From Dethiobacteria bacterium (GTDB lineage Bacteria; Bacillota; Dethiobacteria; DTU022; UBA8154): DNA of 64,000 bases. The notes under the pieces were generated by a model. The model was not told where the DNA came from and made no database searches. It worked only from the letters and a program-made list of their open reading frames with translations. Shown piece after piece: positions 20,621 to 31,044 of the stretch (its first letter is position 1; the number at the start of each line of letters is the position of its first letter). The stretch lies in the NCBI GenBank assembly GCA_050948785.1, contig JBMNEM010000002.1:193721-257720 (forward strand), given 5' to 3'. The position numbers were made by a program, and so were the translations under genes.

Positions 20621-23600
20621 ATGATTACCGGACAAAAAATCATCTCTCTGTTAAAGAAAATGCTGCAAAGCCCCGTCCTTCGCTCTGCCGCACCATATCT
20701 TGGTTTCTTCCTGATGACCGCTTTCTTTTTGTGCATCTTCGCCCGTATCGGCGGGCAAAGTCACTTGGGACCGGAACCTGGAAGCTCAGGCAGTTCTCCT
20801 CCTTTGACCGGGGCAGCGGAAAGCAACCTGAAAAACGATTATTTTCTGAGCGTGCTGCTTTTAACCCCGAAGGGACAAAATACCCAGAGCGCTGCACAGC
20901 ATCTGCAGCAAGCACTGCTCCCCAATGTAGAAATCGAAATGAAAACATTAAATGAAATGCCGGAACTTACGCCGGGCAGTTATGATTTCATCTACCTGGA
21001 AGCCGGGCTCTCCAACGACCAACTGTTCACTGCAGCAAAAGAACGCCTCAGTGCTTATGTGCAAGCAGGGGGCGTGCTTTTTTTAACGCAGGAGTATATT
21101 GACCATTTCCCCCGGGAATTCCTGGGCATCAGCAGGGTGGAGCGCATAAAATCCCCGCAAATGAATTTTTCCTACCCTTCCGTGCGGGGCAACCTGGCCG
21201 GGCTACAGGAAGTCTGGCGCTCCTTTGCCGAGCTTTATGGACATTATGAAGGCCTGGAACCCGCCTATTATACCGCCTGTGATCTCAGGGCCGCAGCCGG
21301 CACCGCTGTTCCCTTGGTGGAGCAGGAGGGCCTGGCCTGTCTGCTGGCCCATGATCTCGGGGAGGGTCTGGTTCTCTGGTCCAACGGCTTTTTACCCGGC
21401 GAGTATTTTGTGACCAGGTTTGATTTTGTTCCCACGGGAGAGCAGCCGTATTTTCATTTCGGCTCTGCCAGCGCCAACTACCTTTTTCGTCAGGAGTTAT
21501 TAAACCTGGTTTCCAAAGAAAAATACGGCTTCAGTTTAAAGAAAAGTTATGGCCCTTACGGCCGGCCGGGCCTGGCCTGGCAGAATCATTATGAGGAGAT
21601 CTCTTCTTTTCCCTCCCGCGATATGATCAAATGGATCGATCTTTTGGCCGCTCATGATCAGATCCCCACCTTTTCCCTCATCCGGGGAAGTTTTCAGTGG
21701 GGACAGTGGCAGAGCAGTTTAAGCATCCATCTAAACGAAGGCACAGACAGTGAGCCTGTTTTCCGGGGGACAACGGATAATTGCTTCTATTCAGCCGGGG
21801 AAAGGCTGGCCGGCGCGGACAAATACCTTCTTTTCTCCACATACCCCCTCTACAAAACGCTGCTCTCAGAAATTGAGCAGCCCTGCCGGCCCTATCCGCA
21901 GCTTCGTCGACTGGAACGGCAGCGGCCAAAAAGACTTGCTTGTGGGCACGGCGGAGGGAACGCTCCATCTGCTGAAAAATACAGGCACAGCAGAACGGCC
22001 CCGTTTCCAGGCGGCCCAGCCCCTGACCACCGCGGCAGGAAGTATTTTGGCCGTAGAGAGCCACGCCGCGCCGCTGGTTTATGATTATAATGGCAACGGG
22101 CTCCTTGACCTGCTCGTCGGTGACGGTGCAGGCAGAATCACCCTCTTTTTAAATACTGGCAGTGCTGGCCAGCCCCGTTTCGCCCCGGCCGGCTTTCTTC
22201 AAGCCGGGGGCAAGGTTTTAAAAACAGCCGGTGCCGCGGCGCCGTTGATTGTTGATTGGGACGGGGATGGCCAGCCTGATTTACTCGTCGGGGAAAGCAG
22301 CGGCAAGGTTATTTTCTTTCCGGGGTCGCCACTCAACGGGAAACTCAATTTTAAAGCGGGGCAACCGCTGCGCCATGCGGCCGGAGAGGTGCAGGTAAAC
22401 TCCTTTGCCGCCCCTTTGGCCGTCGACTGGAACAACAACGGCCGGTTGGATCTGCTTGTCGGCAGCGGAAAAGGGGAGATCAATCTTTACCTCCACCAGG
22501 AGACAGGCGAACTGTTGGATACAGGCAGCATTACCGCCCGCTCCCCCAACTTTTTCGGCAGCAGCACGCTCAAACTGGGACATAACGCCGTCCCCCTCGT
22601 CCTGGACTGGAACAATGACGGCAAAAAAGATTTGCTGACCGGACAGCTGGAATACGGCATTCCTTGCCCGATCGACAGCCCTTCCTTCCCCTACCCCCGG
22701 GAACTCCGCGAGAACCTGCGCTATGCCCGGGAGCGCCAGATCCCCATCATCCCCCACCTTTTCCTGCACGAGTTTTTAAGTACAGAGCAGGAAAAAAGGG
22801 AAGTCGCGCTGCATAAAAAAGCTTTTCAAGCCGTGGGCCTTCCCTGGGAGGACGACACCGGCGCCAATCACCATACCTGGCGCATCTCCAGGGATAATCC
22901 CCTGGGGACTTTCCACAATTTAAAACAGGCCGGTATCTGGTGGGATTTCGGCTTCAGCCCTCCGGGCAGAGTGGGCGCCCCCCGGGACGGAAAGAATTTT
23001 TTAATGGTCATTCCTTTTGCCCTGCCCGGGGAAAATTCCGATGCGCCTTTTCTCCTCTTCTCGCCGGCACCGGATTTGCTGAACTTTCCTTATGCCTGGG
23101 ATGTTCTTGCCCGCTTTGATCTGCCTGCCACATACTTTGAGCACATTGAACATTGCCTCGATCCTGACGGAACAATCTATCCTACATTGTTGCAGAAGAT
23201 CGCGCTGCTGAACAAATTTAAAGATCAATATGAATACAATTTTATGACGGAGGAACAGATGGCCCGCGCCTTCTTAAACACCTTTTTTGCCGGTGTAAGC
23301 GTGGAGATCACCAACGGGAAACAGCTGCGGCTTATACCGGATTTTGCCCCGGTACCTGCCCAGGCAAAAGAATACCGCGGCACGCTCGGCCTGAAGATCG
23401 AACTGGGGGAAGCCCTGCAGGGAAAAGAGCTGGATACTTCCGGCTTCTTCTACCATCAAGCGGCGGAGGGGGATTACTATCTCGGTCTGGAACAGCCCCT
23501 GGACATTCATTTTGTCGAGCAGTCCAGCCGGCAGAAAAAATGGCACATCGTCCGCACCAACGGCCCGGTGGAGATCGAGGCAACGGGGGATAACACTTTT

Positions 23601-23765
23601 ACCCTGACTTTAAAAGCCCACGGCTTGCAGGAAATCAAATTCTTTGCCCCGGCCCCCTTAAAGATCAGCGGAAAAGACTTAAAAATAGCCAACGAGGGTT
23701 CCTATTACACCGTCACACATTTTGGCGCTCCGGTCACAATCAAACTCACCGCCGTAGAAAAGTAA
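20621..23765 (+). CDS. Large membrane-anchored FG-GAP/VCBS-repeat protein (integrin-alpha-like beta-propeller repeats); apparent frameshift near 21890
   Basis: ATG at 20621 follows GGAAAGGA. It has an N-terminal TM segment. ORFs 20513-22084 and 21750-23765 overlap in different frames. It carries repeats of DWNGSGQKDLLVG, DYNGNGLLDLLVGD, DWDGDGQPDLLVGE, DWNNNGRLDLLVGS and DWNNDGKKDLLTG. Confidence 0.6.
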
Positions 23766-24027
23766 CCGCCACTCCAAATACGTATATTAATTTTCCATTT
23801 TTATCTGCAACCATCCTTTCTTTTCCTACGTCTTATATCATAGGAATGCTTTTTTGGCATGAACCATTGGATTTAGTTTCAGTAGTGTGTGCTGGCCAAT
23901 TGTGAACGTGTCTATCAGTCTAAATAGGCAAAAAATAGGCGCAAACCAGCGCTATTTATTATCCATATTTTACCGGCAGCACAAGAAGGCCCAACAGCTT
24001 GAAAATTCAGGGGAGAGCAAAAAGACT

Positions 24028-24700
24028 ATGCAACCAATCATCCAGGTAAACAACCTGATTAAAAAATACCGTATGGGCAATGAGGTGGTTTCCGTTTTAA
24101 ACGGCATCGATTTGCAAATTTATCCCGGGGAGATCCTCTCCATTCTGGGAACCTCCGGCAGCGGTAAAACCACTTTTTTAAATCTTGTTTCCGGCCTCGA
24201 GCGGCCCACCAAGGGAAAAATCATGATCGACGGCCATAACCTGAACAAAATCAGAGAAAAAAGATATGTCCGCCTTCCGGCGCCGCTACATCGGCTTCGT
24301 TTTTCAGCTCTACAATCTGCTTCCTGCTCTCACATGCCCTGGAAAACGCCGTGCTTCCCCTGATCCTGGAAGGGGTTACTCCCCGCGAAAGGGAAAAAAA
24401 GGGGCGTGCCCTGCTGCAGCAGGTGGGCCTGGCTGAGCGCCTGCGGCACAAGCCCTCCGAACTCAGCGGCGGCCAGCGCCAGCGCGTCTCCATTGCCCGG
24501 GCGCTGATCAACAACCCCCGGATTATCTTTGCTGATGAGCCCACCGGTAACCTGGATTCCAAAACAGCGGCGGAAATTTTGGAACTGCTGACCTCCACTG
24601 TCCGGGCACAAGGCCAAACCATGCTCATGGTTACCCACGACGCCACGGGTAGCCGGTCACGCCGATCGCATCATCGAAATGGTCGACGGGCACAATCATG
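24028..24700 (+). pseudogene. ABC transporter ATP-binding protein (MacB/LolD-like), at least three apparent frameshifts
   Basis: Walker A GTSGSGKTT, then the frame is lost at the GAAAAAAG run near 24255. ...SAFRRRYIGFVFQLYNLLPALT is in another frame. LSGGQRQRVSIARAL and the Walker B FADEPTGNLD are in the 24351-24701 ORF. The tail VAGHADRIIEMVDGHNHEL is in a further frame. Confidence 0.65.
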
Positions 24701-24742
24701 AATTACGAGACAAAAGAATATTTGAGGAGAGGAGAACAGACC

Positions 24743-26850
24743 GGTGAAAAAAGTATCCAGCAATATTTTTTTTGTTTTTGTTCGGCATTTATCTTTGCTT
24801 TATCCAGCGTTGTGCTGGCAAATCAGGCCGAAGCATCAGGGGGTGATCCTGCCGCGATCAAACCGCCCCTGCTGAATGTCATTGCCGTGCGCCTGACTCC
24901 GGAAAAACCCGGTTCCCAGGAAGTATTCGAAGCCAGTTTTACGATCAGGCAATTATCGGCCACGAGGACGCCAGAAACGTTGCTCGTCGAATTTAACGGC
25001 CTGGGCAATTTTCAGGTGGCCGAGGGCTTCACCAACCGCAAGAATCGGCTACCGCTTTACCACGGATGACAGCAACTGGGTTCACTACAAGTTAAAAAGC
25101 ATTAAAGGACGCAAGGGAAACGAAATCAGCCTGAACTTTACATATGACTATACGAAGATTCTGGCGGATTTAAACAAGATTGGCACCTGCCTCCCAGCAG
25201 CTGAACTGTAACCCTGCCCCTGCCGGAAGTCGACTCCGATCTTTTCCCGCCCAATATCTCCGTCAGGGATGTCTCCCTGGAAACGACTCTCCCCGGGGAG
25301 GAGGGTGCTTTTAACGCAGTCATTTACCTGGACAACTTTAGCGGCACCGCTGCCCGCCAGGTCTCCATTGTAGTTGACGGCCAGGATAATTTTGAGGTCG
25401 CCGAGGTCTCCAATCAGAAATACCTGCCAAACATCGCTCCGGGACGCCAATAACTTTTGTCACCTTTAAATTAAGAGCGAAAGAGGAGCGCACCAATAAC
25501 AGCCTCAAGCTAAACCTCGCCTACTACTACGGGGAGGAATCCAAGGAAGGGCAGCAAAACCTGCTGGTCAATCTTCCCCTGGAGAAAGCTGAACCGGGCA
25601 GCAAACCACAGCTGAAAGTGCAAAACTTCACCCTGTCCCAGGGAGCCAACACCGGTGAGCATCTACTGCATCTGACCCTGGCAAACCTTGGACAGGGAGC
25701 GGCCCGGGATATTTCCCTCACCTTGGACGGGGGCCAGAGCGTCTACGTGACACGCGGTTCAAATGTCAGCTACCTGCCGGAAATCAAAGGAAACGAAAAA
25801 GCGAAAATAGAATATTTTCTGGGCGTCAATGCCGGTGAGGGCATCAATTTTTATCCTCTGAATCTGAGCTATGGAATATCAGGACCGCTGGGGAAACAAA
25901 TTCAGTCCTCCCAGGAAACAGTCGGCATCAACGTCGCCGAGCTGTATGGTTCCGGCAGCGGGGCAAGCCGAAGGTGATGATCAGCAAATATTCCCTTTCA
26001 GAAGAAAAAATTCTGGCCGGCAATGTGGTCACCCTCTCCCTGTTTATTGAAAATACACATGCCCGCCCGGTGCAAAACATCAAGGTGGCCTTCGGCGTGA
26101 TCCAGGTGGAAGGAGAGAGTGGGACAAGTTCAGGGGGCACTGTTTTTTCGCCGGTGAACAGCAGCAACAGCTTTTTTATTGAACAAATCCCTGCCCGCAC
26201 AACTTTTGAAAAAAATATCGACTTGTATGTCGACCCCAACGCCACAGCTAAAACTTACATTGTCCCCATCACCATCGAATACGAAGACCAGCAGGCCAAC
26301 TCTTACTCCGCCAGCGAAATGGTCAATATCCCGGTGACCCAGGAGTGCAAGCTTCAAATACTTTCCCTGGAAGTGCCCCCCACGGCATTTGCGGGGCAGC
26401 CCGCCTTCATCGGCGCCGAATTCGTCAACGTGGGGAAAGTCGCCCTGAATAATTTTATCGTCATGCTGGAAGGCGACTTCCATAAAGAGCAGGCCTCTTA
26501 TTACGTGGGCAACCTGCAGATCGGAGACAGTGATTTTTACCAGGGCACCATTTTCCCGGAAAGTGAAGGAAAGCTTAACGGCAAGCTGGTTTTCTCCTAT
26601 ATTGATAATAATAATAAGGAAGTGCAACTTGAAGAAGCCTTTGAACTTGATGTGCAGGCGATGGCTCCCCCCATGGATTTTCCCGGCGAAGAACATCCCG
26701 CGGATGCCGGGGCATCCGGGCGGCTTTGCCGGCCGGATGAAAAGAGCGCTGTTTTGGCTCGTCCCGCTGATTGCCGTCGGGGTGGGAACAGGTATCTACC
26801 TGTGGAGAAGAAAAATCAAAAAGAAAAATGAGGAGTTTTTGGATGCGTAA
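24743..26850 (+). pseudogene. Secreted and C-terminally membrane-anchored surface protein with CARDB/COG1361-like (DUF11) repeats, spread over at least four frames
   Basis: Signal-peptide-like start around a T8 homopolymer. Repeat-type segments such as LTLANLGQGAARDISLTLDGG and LSLFIENTHARPVQNIKVAF. The C-terminal TM anchor FWLVPLIAVGVGTGIYLWRRKIKKK appears only in the 26530-26850 frame. It sits between the ABC ATPase and the FtsX permease. Confidence 0.45.
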
Positions 26851-28252
26851 ACAGGATCTTCTGGCCATGGCTCATAAAAATCTCTGGCGCCGTAAAGCCC
26901 GGACCATCCTGACCTGCCTGGGAGTGATCATCGGCACTGCCGCCATTGTGGTCATGCTTTCCCTGGGCATCGGCCTGAAGTTAAGCATGGAAAAAAGCAT
27001 GGCCCAGTGGGGCAGCCTGAACATCATCCGCGTTCATTCCGGAGCAGCTTATGATGAACAGGGAAACCCCCGCGGGGAAGCACGGCGTCTTAATCTGGAC
27101 ACAGTGGAAGAACTGAAAGGCTTTCCCGGCGTTGTCGCCGTCTCACCGGCCTATGAAGTCCATGGGGATGCCCGCCTGGGACGTAAACAGGGCTGGCTCC
27201 ATCTTGTGGGCCTCGATCCCGCTGCCCTGGAAGAGCTGGAGTTTTCCGCAGCGCACGGCCACCTGCCTTCCCCCGACGAGCGCTTTACGATCATCGCCGG
27301 TTCGCAGGTTATCAATAACTTCTGGGACGAGCGTGCTTCCCGGATGGGCCCATATGATCCTCATCAACCGCCTCCCCAGCCGGATCCTGCCGAATTGCTC
27401 AATCAAAGGATCTCGCTGACGATTATGAACCAGCATAACCCGGAAAAAAAGAAAAATTATAATCTTATGGTCGTTGGCATACTGGAAGAAACAGATATGG
27501 AACATGCCTGGCAGGTTTACGGTTCGCTGGACGATATCAAGCGCATGCGTGATTTTATGCTCCAGGGCACAAAAACCGGCAGTGAACGGGAATCTACCGT
27601 GTTTATGGAAGGGCCGGGCATGCGCTCCGCCGTGATTATGGAAAGTTCAAGTACACGGAATACCCGGAAAAAAGAAGATACCAGCAATGATTACAATTAT
27701 ATTTTGGTGCGGGTCAAGGATCTGGCCCAGACCAAGAAACTCTCCGCCGAGCTGCGTGAACAGGGGTTTAATGCCTACTCCATGGCCGATAATCTGAAAG
27801 AAATCGAGAAAATCTCCAAAGTAGTCCAGGCCGTACTGGGGGGCATCGGGGGAATCACGCTCTTCGTCGCCGCCCTGGGGATTGCCAACAGCATGGTCAT
27901 GTCCATCTATGAACGTACCCGGGAAATCGGGATCATCAAAGTCATCGGCGCTTCTTTTGCCGACGTGCGCGCCCTTTTCCTCACCGAAGCCGCGCTAATC
28001 GGCTTTATTGGAGGCCTGCTTGGCCTGGCCTTGAGCTACCTGGCCTCCCTGCTGATCAATACATTCGCCGCAAGCTATATCCAACGGGGCATGATGGTCG
28101 GCGGCGAAGCCGCCGGCAAGATCTCGGTCATCCCCCTCTGGCTGGCCCTTTTTGCCGTCGGCTTTGCCATTTTCATCGGCCTGGTCGCCGGATTTTTCCC
28201 GGCCAACCGGGCGGTCAAGTTGAGTCCCATTGTGGCCATCAGGAATGAGTAA
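26843..28252 (+). CDS. ABC transporter permease, FtsX/MacB family
   Basis: N-terminal TM helix, large periplasmic domain, three C-terminal TM helices and the FtsX signature region ...GIANSMVMSIYERTREIGIIKVIGAS.... The ATG at 26843 is preceded by AGGAG. Confidence 0.8.
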   Translation: MRKQDLLAMAHKNLWRRKARTILTCLGVIIGTAAIVVMLSLGIGLKLSMEKSMAQWGSLNIIRVHSGAAYDEQGNPRGEARRLNLDTVEELKGFPGVVAVSPAYEVHGDARLGRKQGWLHLVGLDPAALEELEFSAAHGHLPSPDERFTIIAGSQVINNFWDERASRMGPYDPHQPPPQPDPAELLNQRISLTIMNQHNPEKKKNYNLMVVGILEETDMEHAWQVYGSLDDIKRMRDFMLQGTKTGSERESTVFMEGPGMRSAVIMESSSTRNTRKKEDTSNDYNYILVRVKDLAQTKKLSAELREQGFNAYSMADNLKEIEKISKVVQAVLGGIGGITLFVAALGIANSMVMSIYERTREIGIIKVIGASFADVRALFLTEAALIGFIGGLLGLALSYLASLLINTFAASYIQRGMMVGGEAAGKISVIPLWLALFAVGFAIFIGLVAGFFPANRAVKLSPIVAIRNE

Positions 28253-28365
28253 GCATCAAATTCCGGAATCCAATTGGGCTATAAAGTATCACCATCGACT
28301 CCAAAGTGCAGATCCTGCACTACTGTTTCAAGTAAAAGAAAACAAAAGGGAATTTAGGGAGGACT

Positions 28366-29925
28366 GTGTTGTTTAAAAACCGGTACTTTTTCAGAACGCT
28401 GCTCATCATGCTTGCCCTCCTCCTGATCGGCAGCGGGGCCTGGTACTATTATTACAGCCATGCCTTTATGGCCCTGCCTTACAACGACGCCATGGATTAC
28501 GCCAGCATGGCCCGCAATATCAGCCTGGGAAGGGGCTTTACTTCCCGCTATCTAACCCCTTTAAGCCTGATGCATCACGGGGAACCTTACCCCAACCTCT
28601 GGCGGGGGCCCCTGTGGCCCCTTTTTTTGGCCGGCTGCTTCAAACTCTTTGGCGCTGCGGATCCGGTTGTCGCTGCCGCCAGCGGTTTTTTTTATTTGGC
28701 GGCGATTCCACCCCTTTTCTTGCTGGGCAGAAAAATAGTGAGTGAAACAGCCTCTTCTTTAGGTTGTCTCCTTTACCTTTTCAGCCCCCTGGCTCTTTTT
28801 TACAGTATCTCGGGGATGACAGAGTCCATGGCTCTTTTTTTAATGGCCTGCTGGCTTTACCTGCTTTTTAAGGCCCCGGGCCGGGGTTCTCTTTTTTTCC
28901 TGCTTACCGGAGGAATCGCCGGGCTTTTTTATCTCGTGCGCTACAACGCCCTCGTTTTTTTACCCCTCTCCCTTGTCTACCTGTGGCTTTCTGACCGTGA
29001 GAAAGGCAGGATCCCCAAACTGATAATTTATCTGGGAGGATGGCTGCTTGTTGTTTCCCCCTGGCTGTGGCGCAACTTCCAACTCCTGGGCAACCCCTTT
29101 TTCTCGCTGCAATCCTATGAGCTGGCCATGTTTACCCCTTCCTATCCCGACTACACCCTTTATATGCTCCCACAGCTTATTGATGTGCAAGCCTTCATGC
29201 TGCAGCACCTCGACGAGCTCCTGGTAAAAATCGGAACGGGATTAAATGCTTTCCTAAAAAATATGCCCGACCCCGCTTTCACGGGCACAACTCCACTGAT
29301 CGCCGGCCTATTTTTTGCCGGCATCTTTTTCCCCCGCGAAAGAAAAAAGAAGCTTTTCATCATCTGCTGTTTCCTGGGACAGCTGGCCGCACTTTTGGTG
29401 ATCCACTTCATCCCGCGCTTGTTTTTCATCTTTCTTCCTTTTTACATCCTTGTCGCCCTCTCCACCGTGGAATACCTGCTCGACTTCCTCCAAAGACCCT
29501 CCTGGAAGTATCTTCTGCTCAGTGCGTTTATAGCCCTGGCCCTTATTACTAACCTTCCCCCGTGGCACAAGGGCAACAGCTGGCATCACTGGCCGCAGGA
29601 TTACGCCCCGGCGATCACGGACGTCGCCGCTCAGATCCCGCCACAGGGTGTTGTTCTCTCCAATGACGGCCATATTCTCAGCTGGTATGCCGATCGCCTC
29701 ACCCTGAAGATACCGGTAAAATGGGCACAGGTAAGCGAACTGGAAAAAAGGGCCCCCATAGAAGGAATTTGGCTCAGCAACCGGCTCCGCTGGGGAAACA
29801 CACCGGAAGCGGAGGAAAAATGGCTGGAAATTATGCGTGAAAAACCGCCGCTATTGGGCAATTACCGCCTCTTTGCCGCTTACGAGGACGGTTCCCTGCT
29901 CTACATCAAAAATAATAAAAAGTGA
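28366..29925 (+). CDS. GT-C superfamily membrane glycosyltransferase (ArnT/PMT, GT39/GT83-like)
   Basis: 519 aa with about 12 TM segments, an N-terminal-loop acidic motif (PYNDAMDYASMA) and a C-terminal soluble domain. The general layout is that of PMT/ArnT-family enzymes. Confidence 0.55.
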   Translation: MLFKNRYFFRTLLIMLALLLIGSGAWYYYYSHAFMALPYNDAMDYASMARNISLGRGFTSRYLTPLSLMHHGEPYPNLWRGPLWPLFLAGCFKLFGAADPVVAAASGFFYLAAIPPLFLLGRKIVSETASSLGCLLYLFSPLALFYSISGMTESMALFLMACWLYLLFKAPGRGSLFFLLTGGIAGLFYLVRYNALVFLPLSLVYLWLSDREKGRIPKLIIYLGGWLLVVSPWLWRNFQLLGNPFFSLQSYELAMFTPSYPDYTLYMLPQLIDVQAFMLQHLDELLVKIGTGLNAFLKNMPDPAFTGTTPLIAGLFFAGIFFPRERKKKLFIICCFLGQLAALLVIHFIPRLFFIFLPFYILVALSTVEYLLDFLQRPSWKYLLLSAFIALALITNLPPWHKGNSWHHWPQDYAPAITDVAAQIPPQGVVLSNDGHILSWYADRLTLKIPVKWAQVSELEKRAPIEGIWLSNRLRWGNTPEAEEKWLEIMREKPPLLGNYRLFAAYEDGSLLYIKNNKK

Positions 29926-30193
29926 TCAAAAGCTGAAACAGGATAAATTAAGGAAAGGATGGATAAAAACCCAAATCAGTTCCCTTTACAAACCGCAACA
30001 CTAATTGCTTCCATTGAAAATTTTTAGAAAGAGAGCCTCATGGACAAAATAGACATCATTCTCAAGCCGATCAAGAATAAATGGGCACTTTTGATCGTAA
30101 ATAATAGGTAAGCTACCTCCACACTAAAAGCTGTCCAACCTTTCTAATTCTCAAATAGGCTTACTTATGTAAAAAAAGGAGGCTCGAAATGAT

Positions 30194-31033
30194 GTGGGAG
30201 CAGGGGATCCGACCATCGGTAACGTCCTTTTAGTCTGTTTTTTAACCGCGGTAATCCATCTGGTGGAAACTCTCTCCTATGGAGCCCGCATTGCCGGAGT
30301 AAAAACGAAGCGCTTATACCTGGCCGCCTGCATCTTCAGCCTGGTTGCCCTGATCGCACGCACGGCCAACCTCTTGCAGGCGCCGCTTCTGGGTTATTAT
30401 GTGGACAGCATTATCCTCATGAATAACATTCCTGTCCTGCAAAAATCTTTTCGCCTGATTATTCTTTCAGCCTCAGTGGGCAGTCTTGCTGCCATGCTTA
30501 TCCTGCCCACTTTTATCCATATTTTTATTTACCTGATTGGCTCCCTGGAAAAAAGCGGCTCCCTGGGAAGAATGCTCCTCAACATGCTCAATGCCGACCG
30601 CCTGCTGCAAAGAATGTTCGTCCGGCTGGGGAAAAGCCTCCGGCGCCCGGGATTTTATCTTTCCTTCCCTTTCCAGGGGAAAAAAATCGCCAAACACATC
30701 CTGCTGCTCTACATCATCGTCGCCTCCATCAACACCGTCGGCGTCCTCTCCGCCATTTATGCCGGCGCGCTGCTGCCGGACTACCGCCTCACTGCCAGCC
30801 AGATGTCCGGGATTATTAACGGTTTCAGTACAATCGTCCTCACCTTTTTTATCGATCCCTACGCTTCCCTGATTACCGACCATACTTTGGTGGGTAAACG
30901 CGGTTTTTCCGACCTGCAAGCCCTGGTTTCCAATTTGATTATTGGGAAAATTATCGGTACACTGTTAGGACAGCTTACCTTTCTTCCCTGTGTGCACTTT
31001 GTGGTTTTCACGACAACACTTTTAAAAAATTAA
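30194..31033 (+). CDS. amj: Lipid II flippase Amj family protein (DUF2837)
   Basis: 279 aa polytopic membrane protein. Its N-terminus (...TAVIHLVETLSYGARIAGVKTKRL...ARTANLLQAP...) resembles Bacillus Amj/YdaH. GTG start after AAAGGAGG. Confidence 0.5.
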   Translation: MGAGDPTIGNVLLVCFLTAVIHLVETLSYGARIAGVKTKRLYLAACIFSLVALIARTANLLQAPLLGYYVDSIILMNNIPVLQKSFRLIILSASVGSLAAMLILPTFIHIFIYLIGSLEKSGSLGRMLLNMLNADRLLQRMFVRLGKSLRRPGFYLSFPFQGKKIAKHILLLYIIVASINTVGVLSAIYAGALLPDYRLTASQMSGIINGFSTIVLTFFIDPYASLITDHTLVGKRGFSDLQALVSNLIIGKIIGTLLGQLTFLPCVHFVVFTTTLLKN

Positions 31034-31044
31034 CCGGGGGAAAC

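Noticed and set aside
21750-23765. Treating 21750-23765 as an independent gene starting at MSLFSGG
   Set aside because: Its 5' part overlaps the 20513-22084 ORF, and the FG-GAP repeat series continues across the junction. A single gene with a frameshift near 21890 explains both.
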